64,000 bases of DNA from a bacterium (GCA_030699685.1 JAUYLJ010000054.1:309-64308); one strand, 5' to 3'; shown: positions 18,453 through 28,621, counted from the first letter of the stretch. Program-made: numbers and translations. The notes: generated by a model from the letters alone, not told the origin.

Positions 18453-19490
18453 ATGGATATTCAAGATTTTCTGCGCCAAAAAATTCAGTCGTGCGCCATA
18501 TATTTGTTGACGGATTCTGATCAACGGCGCTTGGCTGAGGAAGGTGTGGAAAAATTCATAGAGCGGGCGTTGTTATCCAAGAAGTTTCGGAAATGGAAAG
18601 TAGGAGAAGAATACCAAGCTGAGATTCGCCAGAATATACATTTTTCCGTCTCGAAAAATTTACCTATTAAATTAACGTTCTTTTTTGGCGGCTACAAGCT
18701 CTGGCGTTTCGAATCGAGTCCTGAGGTTGATTGGGCCGAATTTTTCGCGATTGCCTATTACCTGAGTTACGCGGCGCCAATAGCCGCGGCCTATCAGCCC
18801 GGAGTTGTGCTTCAATTCTGGGCGGCACATCCTTCCATCATGAGTCGACAGAGCAATATCCCCGAAAACGATTGCCAAAAGTACCGTCAGTCGCTTGAAA
18901 AACTGCTTGAACAATTCCGCCCGTATTTGCCGGAAAACATCAAAGCTGAGCTCCATTCATTTGCGGAGCTTTACCCGAATGATGACGAATACACAAAGGA
19001 GCTTGAGTCTTTAATCGCCCAGGTAAACGAAGAATATCTGACAAGCTGGCCCGAGGCGCGGAAAGAAAAGAAAGCCCGCACTTCAAACTTAAACATCCAA
19101 TGGAAGGGCGCGGAAAATTGGGAAGTCCTGTCAGAAGAAGAAAAGAACGAGAAAGTGCGTCTTGGGCCTGTTGTGCATGACGGATACTGCCGATTGTCTC
19201 GGGTGAACAACGCTATCAAAGGAAAGGGCAGATTTAACCTGACAGCCACTCCATTACCGAAAGGAGATTCAATTCCCATTGGGACAACGCGACCATCCGT
19301 GACAAAGTTTTGGACAGGATTTGGCATCCTATCAAAAAAGGGGGATACATACAGCGACAGAATCCTTTCTCCTCAGCAGTTTGAGACAGTGAAGAATCAA
19401 CCGCATGATGTGGTGGCGAGCGATTTGATTCCACTCAAGAATTTCAGGAGGATTTTAGTGTTTCACGAAGAGCCGGACTTCTCTCAATAG
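18453..19490 (+). CDS. hypothetical protein, possible remote PvcA/Dit1-like fold
   Basis: ATG 7 nt after TATACT; segment PIKLTFFFGGYK..DWAE..YQPGVVLQF. Confidence 0.7.
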   Translation: MDIQDFLRQKIQSCAIYLLTDSDQRRLAEEGVEKFIERALLSKKFRKWKVGEEYQAEIRQNIHFSVSKNLPIKLTFFFGGYKLWRFESSPEVDWAEFFAIAYYLSYAAPIAAAYQPGVVLQFWAAHPSIMSRQSNIPENDCQKYRQSLEKLLEQFRPYLPENIKAELHSFAELYPNDDEYTKELESLIAQVNEEYLTSWPEARKEKKARTSNLNIQWKGAENWEVLSEEEKNEKVRLGPVVHDGYCRLSRVNNAIKGKGRFNLTATPLPKGDSIPIGTTRPSVTKFWTGFGILSKKGDTYSDRILSPQQFETVKNQPHDVVASDLIPLKNFRRILVFHEEPDFSQ

Positions 19491-19607
19491 AGAAAATAGT
19501 ACAACCAAGTTTGTGTTTGTATTTTTTTGACATATTGACAAAAGATACTGTAAGAGTAAGATAGTCACGCTCGTGGTTTTTCCCTACACCCGAACCTGGA
19601 GTTACTG

Positions 19608-21125
19608 ATGAACCCTGAAAACGTCGGACAAGCGCTCTTTGAACAATTGATGCAAACCATCCGCCGGCCAGTCGAGCTGCAGGCGGCGTCGTCCCGACTC
19701 TGGTGGGACGGCAAGACGCATGTCCCGCCTAAGGGCCAGGGTGCTCACGGCATCGTCAAATCGAGGCTTGAGCGTGAGGCACACTCGGCCTTGATGGAGG
19801 GTGAGACGGGTGATATCCTCGCGCGGCTAGATGGCCGTATGGACATGCTTTCTGAAAAGCAACGTTTGCTGGTTGAACGGCTGCTCTGCAGTTTCAAACG
19901 GCAGTCGGCCTTGAATGAGGGATTCGTCGGCCGTAGTTCTATCGTGATAGAAGCGGCAGCAGCGGCCTGGGCGCGGGCCAGGGAGAAGCAGGACTTCGCG
20001 ATCTTCCAGCCCCATCTCGAGGCAGTAATCGGAATCCAGCGAGAACAAGCTCGCTTCATGGGAGCCAGCCCCGACAGCGTCTACGAAGTTCTGTTCCAGG
20101 GTTACGAGCCCGGCATGACCGTGACGCGTTTGCGGGAAATCATGGACCTGTCCCTGGACAGACTCCAGGCGCTCTATCACAGACTGGTTGCTTCGGAACG
20201 AGTTCCGAATGCTGGCTTTCTGTCGGGAGACTTCTCGCCGGGCAAACAGCGTAACCTGGGTTTGGCCCTGCTCCACACAATGGGTCTTGACATGGAAGCG
20301 ATCGACTATGACCAGTCGGCCCATCCATTCATGTCGGGACAGTCGCGAGGTGACTGCCGGGTAACTACCCGTTTTGACCCTCGGTATCTGCCAATGGCGC
20401 TTTTCAGTACCATGCATGAGGGTGGTCACGCCATGGTTGAGCAACAGACTGACCCCATGCTGGACTGGACGCAGATCCCGGGATTTGTGTACTCGCTCGG
20501 CCTGCACGAGTCGCAGTCGCGGCTTTGGGAGAATCTGATTGGTCGAAGCTTGGACTTCTGGTCGTACTTCTACCCTCAGCTCCGCGTTCTCTTCCCGCAA
20601 TTCCGCGGGGTACTGATAGGCGACTTCGTTCGCGGAGTGAACGCGGTCAGACGGCAGCCCATCAGAGTGCAAGCCGACGAAGTTTCCTACAACCTCCATG
20701 TCTTGATCCGCACCGAGATCGAGATTGGGCTTCTGTCGGGGGATATCGACGTCGCGGATTTGCCGCAAGTCTTCGCCGACAAGATGGAGGAGTATCTAGG
20801 TGTCCGTCCGGCCAACGTCTCAGAAGGCGCTCTGCAAGACATCCACTGGAGCATTGGCGCTTTCGGGTATTTCCCGACGTACATGCTCGGGAACTTCTGC
20901 AGCGGCCAGCTTTTTCATTCTTTCTGCGAAAAGATTCCAAACTGGCGCCGCGAATTCGATATCGGTGATTTCACCAGTCTGGCGCGGTGGCTCGGTGAGA
21001 ATGTACACCGTTTCCTGCCGGTAGCTACTCTGGATGACCTGCTGGTACGTGTGACCGGCGAACCCCTCAATCCCGACTACTGGTTTGAGTACGTCGAGAA
21101 GAAGATGGACTGGGTTTACCAATGA
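19608..21125 (+). CDS. carboxypeptidase M32 (Taq-type)
   Basis: HPF, HEGGH, HESQSRLWEN, IRVQADE, QDIHWS, GYFPTY. Confidence 0.95.
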   Translation: MNPENVGQALFEQLMQTIRRPVELQAASSRLWWDGKTHVPPKGQGAHGIVKSRLEREAHSALMEGETGDILARLDGRMDMLSEKQRLLVERLLCSFKRQSALNEGFVGRSSIVIEAAAAAWARAREKQDFAIFQPHLEAVIGIQREQARFMGASPDSVYEVLFQGYEPGMTVTRLREIMDLSLDRLQALYHRLVASERVPNAGFLSGDFSPGKQRNLGLALLHTMGLDMEAIDYDQSAHPFMSGQSRGDCRVTTRFDPRYLPMALFSTMHEGGHAMVEQQTDPMLDWTQIPGFVYSLGLHESQSRLWENLIGRSLDFWSYFYPQLRVLFPQFRGVLIGDFVRGVNAVRRQPIRVQADEVSYNLHVLIRTEIEIGLLSGDIDVADLPQVFADKMEEYLGVRPANVSEGALQDIHWSIGAFGYFPTYMLGNFCSGQLFHSFCEKIPNWRREFDIGDFTSLARWLGENVHRFLPVATLDDLLVRVTGEPLNPDYWFEYVEKKMDWVYQ

Positions 21126-21133
21126 TGGAGGCT

Positions 21134-21159
21134 ACCTCGTTGTCACAACGGGGTTTTTT
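21134..21159 (+). terminator. intrinsic terminator
   Basis: ACCTCGTTG-TCA-CAACGGGGT followed by T-tract. Confidence 0.75.
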
Positions 21160-21177
21160 ATTATAAAAACATCCCAA

Positions 21178-21609
21178 TCACTCGGACTGGGATGAGGGAC
21201 GACAGGCGTGAACTTCGATCTCAACTTGGGCGCCCTTGGGCAGCCAGGCAACGCCGATCATGGTACGGGTCGGCAGGTTGACGATGCCTACCCTTTCCAT
21301 GATCCTTTCATAGAGCCGATTGAAGGCTGCTTCGACCTCTGGTCCCGTGGCAAGGAATACGCGCAGATGGAAGACATCCGTCACATTGAGGCCGGCGACC
21401 TGAAGGCGTCGAGAAATTGCCTCGAAGATCAACGTGACCTGGGCGGCAAAGGCTCTCTCCCTGACGCGCCCATCATCCCCGAGAGGGGCGATGATGCCCG
21501 AGAGCTGTATGATGCCGCATGGAAGCTCAGCGGCGGGAGAAAAAGGCAAGGAACTGTCTTGCTGAAACCCATTCGGAACCTTCCAACAGTCAGTCGTACT
21601 CTTTGTCAT
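21178..21609 (-). CDS. RidA/YjgF family protein
   Basis: PFSPA, LSG, FNRLY, PTRTMIGVAWLPKGAQVEIE. Confidence 0.88.
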   Translation of the reverse strand: MTKSTTDCWKVPNGFQQDSSLPFSPAAELPCGIIQLSGIIAPLGDDGRVRERAFAAQVTLIFEAISRRLQVAGLNVTDVFHLRVFLATGPEVEAAFNRLYERIMERVGIVNLPTRTMIGVAWLPKGAQVEIEVHACRPSSQSE

Positions 21610-21737
21610 CTGAAGCTCCTCTGTTTGTGTAACCGTAGATCGGGTATTGGCGGCATCATACTTTATTGATATAGACGTGTCAACAATGTATACTCAAGCC
21701 AAGAAAGATCGTTTCCAAAATCATTTACCGTGGATTG

Positions 21738-23831
21738 ATGGGAAGCCGCAGCAAACTTTTTCTGACTACCGCGTTCGCGCTATATCTCGAACTTATCGCC
21801 ATCCGCTGGCTGGGTTCGGAAATCAGAATTTTTTCCTTCTTGAAAAACATTCCACTGATTGTCAGTTTTTTAGGTTTGGGTTTGGGAGTTATGGCGGCTT
21901 ACCCTCGCTTTGATTTGCGGCGCTGGATTCCCTGGACGCTTTTTGTATTTGTATCGGTCTTGGCTCTGGCGCCGATTATCGGCTTGTCCAGCTTGCCTAT
22001 ACCTTCAGGCGATGATGTGTGGATTTGGGGTTCGTCAGGAAAATATCTTGCTCCGATTCTCCAGAGCCAGACGCTCAGTTTTGCGTTGGCAGTGCTGTTA
22101 TTCGCGGTTGTAATCACTTTTTTTACACTGCTGCTTTTTGTCCTGTTTTTTGGGATTGGACAGATTATTCGTGAACGGTTTTTGCCTTTTCGCCCACTCC
22201 AGGCATATAGTCTCGATTTATTGGGTAGCATGACGGGCGTTGCACTCTTTGGTGTGGTTTCCTTTTTACAGCTTTCCCCATTCTGGTGGTTTTTCATCGC
22301 GATCGCCATGTATTTTGTTGCATTCCCATGTCGAAAATCAACGCTTACTCTCTTCGTGGCAGCGCTAGGGCTGGTGTATGTGGGAACGATGGATACTCGC
22401 TGGTCGCCGTATTATCGGGTTGAGGTTCAGCAGATTACGGAGGAAAATACAAATGAAGTTTCAACCGTGGTTCTTGATGTCAACCACTCATTTTTTCAGC
22501 ATATGGGTAATCACAATGAAGAATTTTTATCCCGAAACCCGGATTCATTACTAAGCAAAACAGCGTTTGATTACAATCTCCCTTACCGATTTGTCACTCG
22601 TCCGGGTGATGTCTTGGTGGTTGGAGCGGGTACGGGCAATGACGTGGCCGCCGCTTTGCGCGCGGGGGCAACGCATGTTGACGCTGTAGAAATTGATCCG
22701 GTTATTCTCGAACTGGGATCCGAGATGCATCCGGAGGATCCATATCATGACCCGCGGGTGACATTAATCAATGATGACGCGAGGAGTTATTTCGAGAAAA
22801 CGGACCGCCGGTATGACACTGTAGTGTATGGGCTGCTGGACTCACACACGTCCGTTTCGGCTTTTTCCAATGTCCGTCTGGATAATTTCGTATATACGCT
22901 TGAAAGTTTTGAAGCGGCAAAAACTCACCTTCAGGATGACGGCAGTCTGATATTCAGCTTCGGTACGGGTAAATCTTGGATACACGAGCGTCTAAGTTCC
23001 ATGCTGTCACGGGTTTTTGGACAGCAGCCTTTTGTGTTTAAACGTTTGATAGGAGGAGACGGTGGAATTTTTGTCTTGGGTAATAATCTTGATCTGGATG
23101 CCTTGGGTGATCCTACGGTCTCTTCCCAGGTTCTGAACATTCCTGGGAACACTTCAAATGTTGTTCCAACCGATGACTGGCCATATTTGTATCTTGAATC
23201 TCGAAAAATACCAACACTGTATCTTGGCACGTTGGGATTAATTCTGGTCATTTTTGTTTTTGTTGTCTGGAAGCTGCTAGGCGCAAAAACATTCACAATA
23301 TTTCGGTCGCGTGACGGCAATGTCTGGCACTTCTTTTTCCTGGGTGCCGCCTTTCTCCTGATAGAAACAAAAAGTATCAACGAGATTGCTTTGCTTTTTG
23401 GTTCAACCTGGGTGGTAAATCTTTCGGTAATTTTGGGAATTTTGTTTATGGCTTTTTTGGCCAACAGTTTGCTACGAACAAGGTTGAGAATTCCACGCTG
23501 GCTTGTCATCGCGGGACTTTTTGGCTCTTTGGTGTTGATGTACCTTGTCCGGGTGAGCAGTTTTTCCGGAGCCAGTTTTGGCATGAAATTCGTTCTGGCC
23601 GGGCTCTTTATCGCTCTGCCGTTGTTTTTTTCCGGTCTTCTCTTTTCTCAATCCTTGAAACACGCCAACAACATGCCTGAAGCCTTTGGCGCTAATCTCT
23701 TCGGCGCTTTTGCCGGTGGGCTGCTCGAAAACACCGCGTTGATTATTGGCATACACGCGCTAGTATTTGTGGCGGCGGCGTTATATTTTACAGCGGTGAT
23801 ATTGAGTCCCAGAACCAGAGAGAGTTCCTAG
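21738..23831 (+). CDS. membrane-fused spermidine synthase-like (SAM-dependent) protein
   Basis: N- and C-terminal TM blocks; VLVVGAGTGNDV, VEIDP, DDAR, PTDDWPYLY. Confidence 0.85.
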   Translation: MGSRSKLFLTTAFALYLELIAIRWLGSEIRIFSFLKNIPLIVSFLGLGLGVMAAYPRFDLRRWIPWTLFVFVSVLALAPIIGLSSLPIPSGDDVWIWGSSGKYLAPILQSQTLSFALAVLLFAVVITFFTLLLFVLFFGIGQIIRERFLPFRPLQAYSLDLLGSMTGVALFGVVSFLQLSPFWWFFIAIAMYFVAFPCRKSTLTLFVAALGLVYVGTMDTRWSPYYRVEVQQITEENTNEVSTVVLDVNHSFFQHMGNHNEEFLSRNPDSLLSKTAFDYNLPYRFVTRPGDVLVVGAGTGNDVAAALRAGATHVDAVEIDPVILELGSEMHPEDPYHDPRVTLINDDARSYFEKTDRRYDTVVYGLLDSHTSVSAFSNVRLDNFVYTLESFEAAKTHLQDDGSLIFSFGTGKSWIHERLSSMLSRVFGQQPFVFKRLIGGDGGIFVLGNNLDLDALGDPTVSSQVLNIPGNTSNVVPTDDWPYLYLESRKIPTLYLGTLGLILVIFVFVVWKLLGAKTFTIFRSRDGNVWHFFFLGAAFLLIETKSINEIALLFGSTWVVNLSVILGILFMAFLANSLLRTRLRIPRWLVIAGLFGSLVLMYLVRVSSFSGASFGMKFVLAGLFIALPLFFSGLLFSQSLKHANNMPEAFGANLFGAFAGGLLENTALIIGIHALVFVAAALYFTAVILSPRTRESS

Positions 23832-23846
23832 CCGTACTATTTGTGC

Positions 23847-24644
23847 TTACTTGTGCGGAAGTAATACTCCCAGCTGCCAGAAAATGCCCACTCCGACCAA
23901 CATGCAGACCAACTGAACAAGACTGCGGCTGATTTTGCGCTCATGCTGTATGGTGGGAACTAGATCGGCCAACGCAATATAGATGAAGTTTCCGATAACA
24001 AAACCTAACAGTGGAAGCTCAATGTCCGTGAAGAATTCACTGGAAAAATAGACAATCAGCGCTCCAAGCGGACTGATAGCGGCGCCGATAAAATTCCACC
24101 AGATAACCTTTTTTTTGGACATGCCGCTGTGAATAAGGATGCTGAAATCACCTATTTCTTGTGGTATTTCATGGGCAATGACGGCCAGGGCGGAAATGAA
24201 TCCCAAGCTTGGATCAGCCATAAAAGCGATGGCAATAATCGCCCCATCAAGCAAATTATGAAGCGCGTCGCCAATAATTATTAATGGCCTGGCTGAGGCC
24301 ATTTTGTGGTTATGGATGACAGTTTCGCCTTCTACCTCATCTTCGTGCGAATGATGATGCCAGACAAGCAGCTTTTCAAGTATAAAGAAAACTAATATCC
24401 CAATAAGCATCATCAGTATTACCATGCGGCCGCCGTCTTGATCTGAGTGTTCAAAGGCTTCGGGTAAAAGATTAAGAAAAGTCGCGCCCAGAATACTGCC
24501 CGCCGCGAAACTAATCAAATACCTGGCCCAGCGTTGTACAACAGACTCTTTCCAGATGAGAAAAAAACCGCCCAAGAGTCCGAGAAGACTGACGCCCAAG
24601 GTAATGAGAAGAATGCCGAGAAGAGAGGATGATTCGAATTCCAT
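23847..24644 (-). CDS. ZIP family metal transporter
   Basis: His-rich loop WHHHSH, DALHNLLDG, HEIPQEIGD, FIYIALADLVP. Confidence 0.92.
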   Translation of the reverse strand: MEFESSSLLGILLITLGVSLLGLLGGFFLIWKESVVQRWARYLISFAAGSILGATFLNLLPEAFEHSDQDGGRMVILMMLIGILVFFILEKLLVWHHHSHEDEVEGETVIHNHKMASARPLIIIGDALHNLLDGAIIAIAFMADPSLGFISALAVIAHEIPQEIGDFSILIHSGMSKKKVIWWNFIGAAISPLGALIVYFSSEFFTDIELPLLGFVIGNFIYIALADLVPTIQHERKISRSLVQLVCMLVGVGIFWQLGVLLPHK

Positions 24645-24656
24645 ATTCGTTCCTTA

Positions 24657-25076
24657 TTATTGACAATTATTACAATAACCGAAAAATTCCAACGCGTGCC
24701 GTTCTATGGCGAAATTAAATCTCTTGGCCAGGCGAGTTTCTTCCCGACCCAGATCCTGCTTAAGTTTAATATCGGTGATGGAATCACATTTGAGGCAGAC
24801 CAGATGGTGATGATGCTGTTGGGTGATTTCATAGCGTTTTTTTCTGTCGTGAAGTCTGACCTCAACGAGAATATCCTGGTTCATTAGGAAATCGATTTCC
24901 CGATAGAGAGTGGTCTTGTTTGGTTTGAGATTCTGCTGGCTGAGTTTCCCAATGATTTCAGGAACGGACAGGGGAGTGCTTGAATTCGAAAGCAGCTCGA
25001 GTAAACGAAACCGTACCGGCGTTTCTCGGAAGCCTCGCCGCTTTAGATTTTCAATAATTTCCGGGGCATGAACCAT
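24657..25076 (-). CDS. Fur family regulator (Zur-like)
   Basis: TLYR, HHHHLVCLKC, GYCNNC; upstream of ZIP. Confidence 0.9.
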   Translation of the reverse strand: MVHAPEIIENLKRRGFRETPVRFRLLELLSNSSTPLSVPEIIGKLSQQNLKPNKTTLYREIDFLMNQDILVEVRLHDRKKRYEITQQHHHHLVCLKCDSITDIKLKQDLGREETRLAKRFNFAIERHALEFFGYCNNCQ

Positions 25077-25087
25077 GCTTGTATATT

Positions 25088-25106
25088 AATGCAACTTAGT
25101 TGCGTT
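25088..25106. promoter_or_regulatory. putative Zur operator
   Basis: AATGCAAC-TTA-GTTGCGTT in the spacer of the minus-strand promoter TTGACA-18-TAATAT, which ends 6 nt before the ATG. Confidence 0.7.
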
Positions 25107-25252
25107 TGTCAATAATTCCACTGTGGACAACTGCGATACAGGACTTTACAGGCAGCCTTACTTGATTGAACATGGCTTGACGTGAGGGATCGCATAGGAT
25201 ACTGTTTCGAGGAAAATAACCGATCTCGAGGCGCCTTTTCATCGGAAGGAGG

Positions 25253-26431
25253 ATGGCCGTGAAAAAGTTCGGAGGCGGTTCTGAGCAGTGGCTGACGATT
25301 CGTGTCAAAGGAAAACAGCGCCGAATCTTGGTTCGGCTGGGAATCTACGGCCTGAGATGGTTTGGGGTGATCCAGCGTCCGTTGGGACTGGCTGGTCAGA
25401 TTGCTGTTTACAATCATGACAGGCAATGTTGGCAAGTGGTGGCCAGCATCTACCACGCTTACCGGCAGATTTGGCACATTCTTTGGCAGCATGGCGTGGA
25501 TGTTCACACGGGTGAAAAATCGCGTATCCTCAAAGTTATTGAATTGGCCCGTGAGCTGAACGCGGCGGCTTTGGGGGTAAGCGCCGCCACCGTCAGCCAG
25601 GCCGAACTTCGTCAGCAGCTCCGTCCCAAGATTTACGAGGCTTCGCGGCTTCTGGGTCGACCCTTGCGGCCATCGAAACAGAAAGCGAAGCAGCAGCTAG
25701 TAGCGATTGGCGCTGCGCAAGACAGTCGTGGCCGGATCAATCCTACCGTCCAGCAGGTGAGATCCATCTCCGCTGTCAATAGACTATGGGAAAGGCTGGA
25801 GGATGAGATACTGGTGATCGACCCCCAAATGAGACGCCGGCAAGAGGTCGTGGTCACACTGATTCAGTGGGCTGAACTAGTGGTGTGGACCACATATGAA
25901 TTCTTGCTGCTGCTTGTCAGAAATGGGGGAATGGTCCACCCCTTCCTCGACAGTCATCGAAGGGAGGTGGCCAGGTTGGCTATTTTTTACGCCCAAGGCG
26001 TAGAGAGAATCGACTATCTTCCTTTTCGCGGCACTTGCCATGAGACGGCGAGCGACTTGAGGAAGCTCGCGGCGATCATAGAAGCAAATAGAGGAGCCGA
26101 ACTGCAGAAACAGATTCCACCTATCGTTCGGGTCTGTCGGTCAGCGCTGTTGTTGAAGCGGATGCAGTTTCTTCTCGAGGACTGGATTGACGGAGTGGCA
26201 CGGGAATTGGCCGAAGCTGGCTGCAGCCGTTTCCCTTTCACTACGTTACGACGCGATCTCGAAGTGATGAGACGGGAGCTTCGTAAGATAGGTGATCGGG
26301 GATTCCGCAAACCGGTCTGCCAATCCGCGATTGCCGCGTTGGACGAGACTCTCACTCTATTCGTAGAAGATGGCCAACCCGAACTTGGCCGCTTGAAAGA
26401 CTCTCTCAAAGCGATTTCTTTCGTACTTTAA
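25253..26431 (+). CDS. hypothetical basic helical protein
   Basis: 392-aa ORF with AGGAGG upstream and a terminator downstream; no family recognised. Confidence 0.75.
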   Translation: MAVKKFGGGSEQWLTIRVKGKQRRILVRLGIYGLRWFGVIQRPLGLAGQIAVYNHDRQCWQVVASIYHAYRQIWHILWQHGVDVHTGEKSRILKVIELARELNAAALGVSAATVSQAELRQQLRPKIYEASRLLGRPLRPSKQKAKQQLVAIGAAQDSRGRINPTVQQVRSISAVNRLWERLEDEILVIDPQMRRRQEVVVTLIQWAELVVWTTYEFLLLLVRNGGMVHPFLDSHRREVARLAIFYAQGVERIDYLPFRGTCHETASDLRKLAAIIEANRGAELQKQIPPIVRVCRSALLLKRMQFLLEDWIDGVARELAEAGCSRFPFTTLRRDLEVMRRELRKIGDRGFRKPVCQSAIAALDETLTLFVEDGQPELGRLKDSLKAISFVL

Positions 26432-26433
26432 AC

Positions 26434-26460
26434 AGCCACTGGCAATTCCGGTGGCTTTTT
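26434..26460 (+). terminator. intrinsic terminator
   Basis: AGCCACTGG-CAATT-CCGGTGGCT-TTTT. Confidence 0.75.
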
Positions 26461-26510
26461 GTAACTCAAAAGCGTCCTGGGAAGGACGCTCTGCAAATTT
26501 CTATCGGCCG

Positions 26511-26852
26511 CTATCGTACTTCTTTCACGATTGCTTCAAACACTTTAGGGTGGTTCAGGGCGATTTCTGCCAGTACTTTTCGATCAAGCTCAATTTTCTT
26601 TTTCTTCAGCCCGTCAATAAACGTCGAATACGTCAGTCCATGAGGCCTGACGGCGGCGTTCAACCGAACTTGCCAGAGCTGGCGGACAGCGCGTTTCTTT
26701 ACGCGACGATCTCTATACGCGTAAACTCCTGCCTTCGTTACCGCGGTTTTTGCTTGCTTGATCTTGTTCTTGCGCCCCCATCGGTATCCTTTGGCTTTTT
26801 TGAGCAGATTGCGTCGTCTCTTGACGTGAGTGGTGCCTCTTTTGACTCGCAT
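26511..26852 (-). CDS. rplT: 50S ribosomal protein L20
   Basis: RVKRG..AKGYRW..YAYRDRR..LW..RLNAA..DRKVLAE. Confidence 0.98.
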   Translation of the reverse strand: MRVKRGTTHVKRRRNLLKKAKGYRWGRKNKIKQAKTAVTKAGVYAYRDRRVKKRAVRQLWQVRLNAAVRPHGLTYSTFIDGLKKKKIELDRKVLAEIALNHPKVFEAIVKEVR

Positions 26853-26928
26853 GATTGTAATTCAGAGTTAAGAATCCAGAATTTATGTTTTTACCCTTTC
26901 GCAATTCTGAATTCCAAATTATTAATTC

Positions 26929-27129
26929 CTAATTTGTGTACGGCATCAGGCGTTTAAGCGCACGCGTGTTGCTTTTGTCGGCGGTTTGGTCCCGTCTCTT
27001 ATTCCGCGTAGTTCGTCCGCGTTCACGGGAATTGAAGTGGTCTTGTCCGGCAGTGCGCTGCAGAATTTTTTTCTTGCCGGTCATTTTGAAACGCTTGCGT
27101 GTTCCTTTGTGGGTCTTGAGTTTAGGCAT
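26929..27129 (-). CDS. rpmI: 50S ribosomal protein L35
   Basis: MPKLKTHKGTRKRFK..LMPY. Confidence 0.97.
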   Translation of the reverse strand: MPKLKTHKGTRKRFKMTGKKKILQRTAGQDHFNSRERGRTTRNKRRDQTADKSNTRALKRLMPYTN

Positions 27130-27131
27130 TA

Positions 27132-27635
27132 TTATTTTCCAATTATCATCGTATATCTGCGTCCTTGGCGGGACAAAGCTTGTTCCGGCTTGGCATCCCC
27201 GATGCGTTCAATAAATTCTTTAAATTTCTTTTCCGCCAGCTCCTGGTGCTGCATTTCACGCCCTCGTAGCAGCATCTCCACTTTCACCTTATCGCCTCCA
27301 TCAAGGAATTTCTGCGCTTGGTCGACCCGGTGATCAAAATCGTGCTGGCCCATTTTCAGCGAAAGTCTGATTCCTTTCACCTCAACCTTTTTTTGCTTTG
27401 ACTTCGATTTGCGCTCGGCTTTTTCCTGGCGGTATTTAAACGCGCCAAAATCCATCAATCGGCAGACCGGGGGCTGAGCGTTGGGCGCGATCTCAACAAG
27501 ATCAACTCCTCTCTCTTCCGCCATCTTTAAAGCCTCCTGAGTGGAGACAATACCGAGCTGGGTTTGATTTTCGTCAATCAGTCTGACTTGCGGGACGCGA
27601 ATATAATGATTGACGCGGGTACGGTGCTTAGCGAT
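27132..27635 (-). CDS. infC: translation initiation factor IF-3 (ATC start)
   Basis: Frame extends 37 codons upstream of the ATG at 27524 through the conserved N-domain RVNHYIRVPQVRLIDE; an in-frame TAA 6 codons further up leaves ATC at 27635 as the start. Confidence 0.93.
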   Translation of the reverse strand: MAKHRTRVNHYIRVPQVRLIDENQTQLGIVSTQEALKMAEERGVDLVEIAPNAQPPVCRLMDFGAFKYRQEKAERKSKSKQKKVEVKGIRLSLKMGQHDFDHRVDQAQKFLDGGDKVKVEMLLRGREMQHQELAEKKFKEFIERIGDAKPEQALSRQGRRYTMIIGK

Positions 27636-27679
27636 TGTGGACTGATTAGTTTATTAACTTTGTTCTTTATTTAGGGGCG

Positions 27680-27711
27680 CCCTGTACCATTCGCTGCGCA
27701 CAGTTACAGGG
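27680..27711. repeat. small hairpin (REP-like) element
   Basis: CCCTGTA..TACAGGG inverted repeat abutting the tmRNA 3' end; similar to 3491-3520 and 55968-55991. Confidence 0.5.
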
Positions 27712-27712
27712 A

Positions 27713-28103
27713 TGGTGGAGATGAGGGGACTTTCACCCCTGTCTGAACAGGTATTTGCCAGCCGTCTACCAATGTAGTCTATTTCTTTGAGTTCGGGCGT
27801 CAAGCATCAAAACAGACAAAAGTGCTTATCGTCCTAGTTTCCGGTTGCCCACGATGATCCTCGGAAACAGCCGGATCATCAGCCCTGAAATGAATGACAC
27901 CCGATGGCCCCCTATCAGGAGTCAGAGGATCGGATGGTTACCGCGATTTAGGCGGCAACAGGAGCGAGATTGAATGACGCAAAAGCGTTCTTCAATTTCG
28001 CGAAATTTGACTTGGCATTTGTCGATTTTCCAGCTTTTTACAGAGCTCTGGTCTCTGATTGGCTAGTTGGCAAAGGTGCTATCCGTCGATTTATAACATC
28101 CCC
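27713..28103 (-). ncRNA. ssrA: tmRNA
   Basis: 5' GGGGATG / 3' CATCTCCACCA with G3-U; tag frame 28016-27948 (A)AKSNFAKLKNAFASFNLAPVAA*; adjacent to smpB. Confidence 0.95.
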
Positions 28104-28168
28104 ATGAATCTACTGCGCTGTTATCGCGGCAAATAACGTCGCTTGGCACCGCAACACATCCATGAGGA

Positions 28169-28621
28169 CTACCTACTTTGTTTCATTGCTCGTTGGATAT
28201 TGCGATCAACTTCACGTTTCTTGATTGATTCGCGCTTGTCAGCCTTGCGTTTTCCGCGGCCAACTCCAATTTTTACTTTAATGAAACTTCCTCGAGTATA
28301 CAAGGATAGCGGCACCAGTGTCAAGCCCTCAGTCAGGCGTTTCCCGATCAGGTTTTTGATTTGATCTGAGCGCAGGAGCAGCCGTCGTTCACGGTCAGGA
28401 TTGTAGTCAGTCTGAGCCCCTTTGGCTTTGGCATAAGGCGAGATATGGCAATTCATGAGGTAGGGGATTTCTTCACGGAGCGTGATATAGCTTCCTTTCA
28501 GATTGATCTGGCCTAGTTTTACGGATTTTACCTCGGCGCCGGATAATACGATCCCAGCCTCGATTTCGTCGAGAATTTCGTAATGAAAACGCACTTCTTT
28601 ATTGTTGGCTAAAGTTGGCAT
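28169..28621 (-). CDS. smpB: SsrA-binding protein
   Basis: EAGIVLSGAEVKS, RERRLLL, GRGKRKADKRESIK. Confidence 0.97.
   Translation of the reverse strand: MPTLANNKEVRFHYEILDEIEAGIVLSGAEVKSVKLGQINLKGSYITLREEIPYLMNCHISPYAKAKGAQTDYNPDRERRLLLRSDQIKNLIGKRLTEGLTLVPLSLYTRGSFIKVKIGVGRGKRKADKRESIKKREVDRNIQRAMKQSR

Noticed and set aside
19827-20768. Long antisense ORF (313 aa) and similar shadow ORFs elsewhere
   Set aside because: Opposite well-supported genes (M32 peptidase, ileS, clp, metG); no motifs
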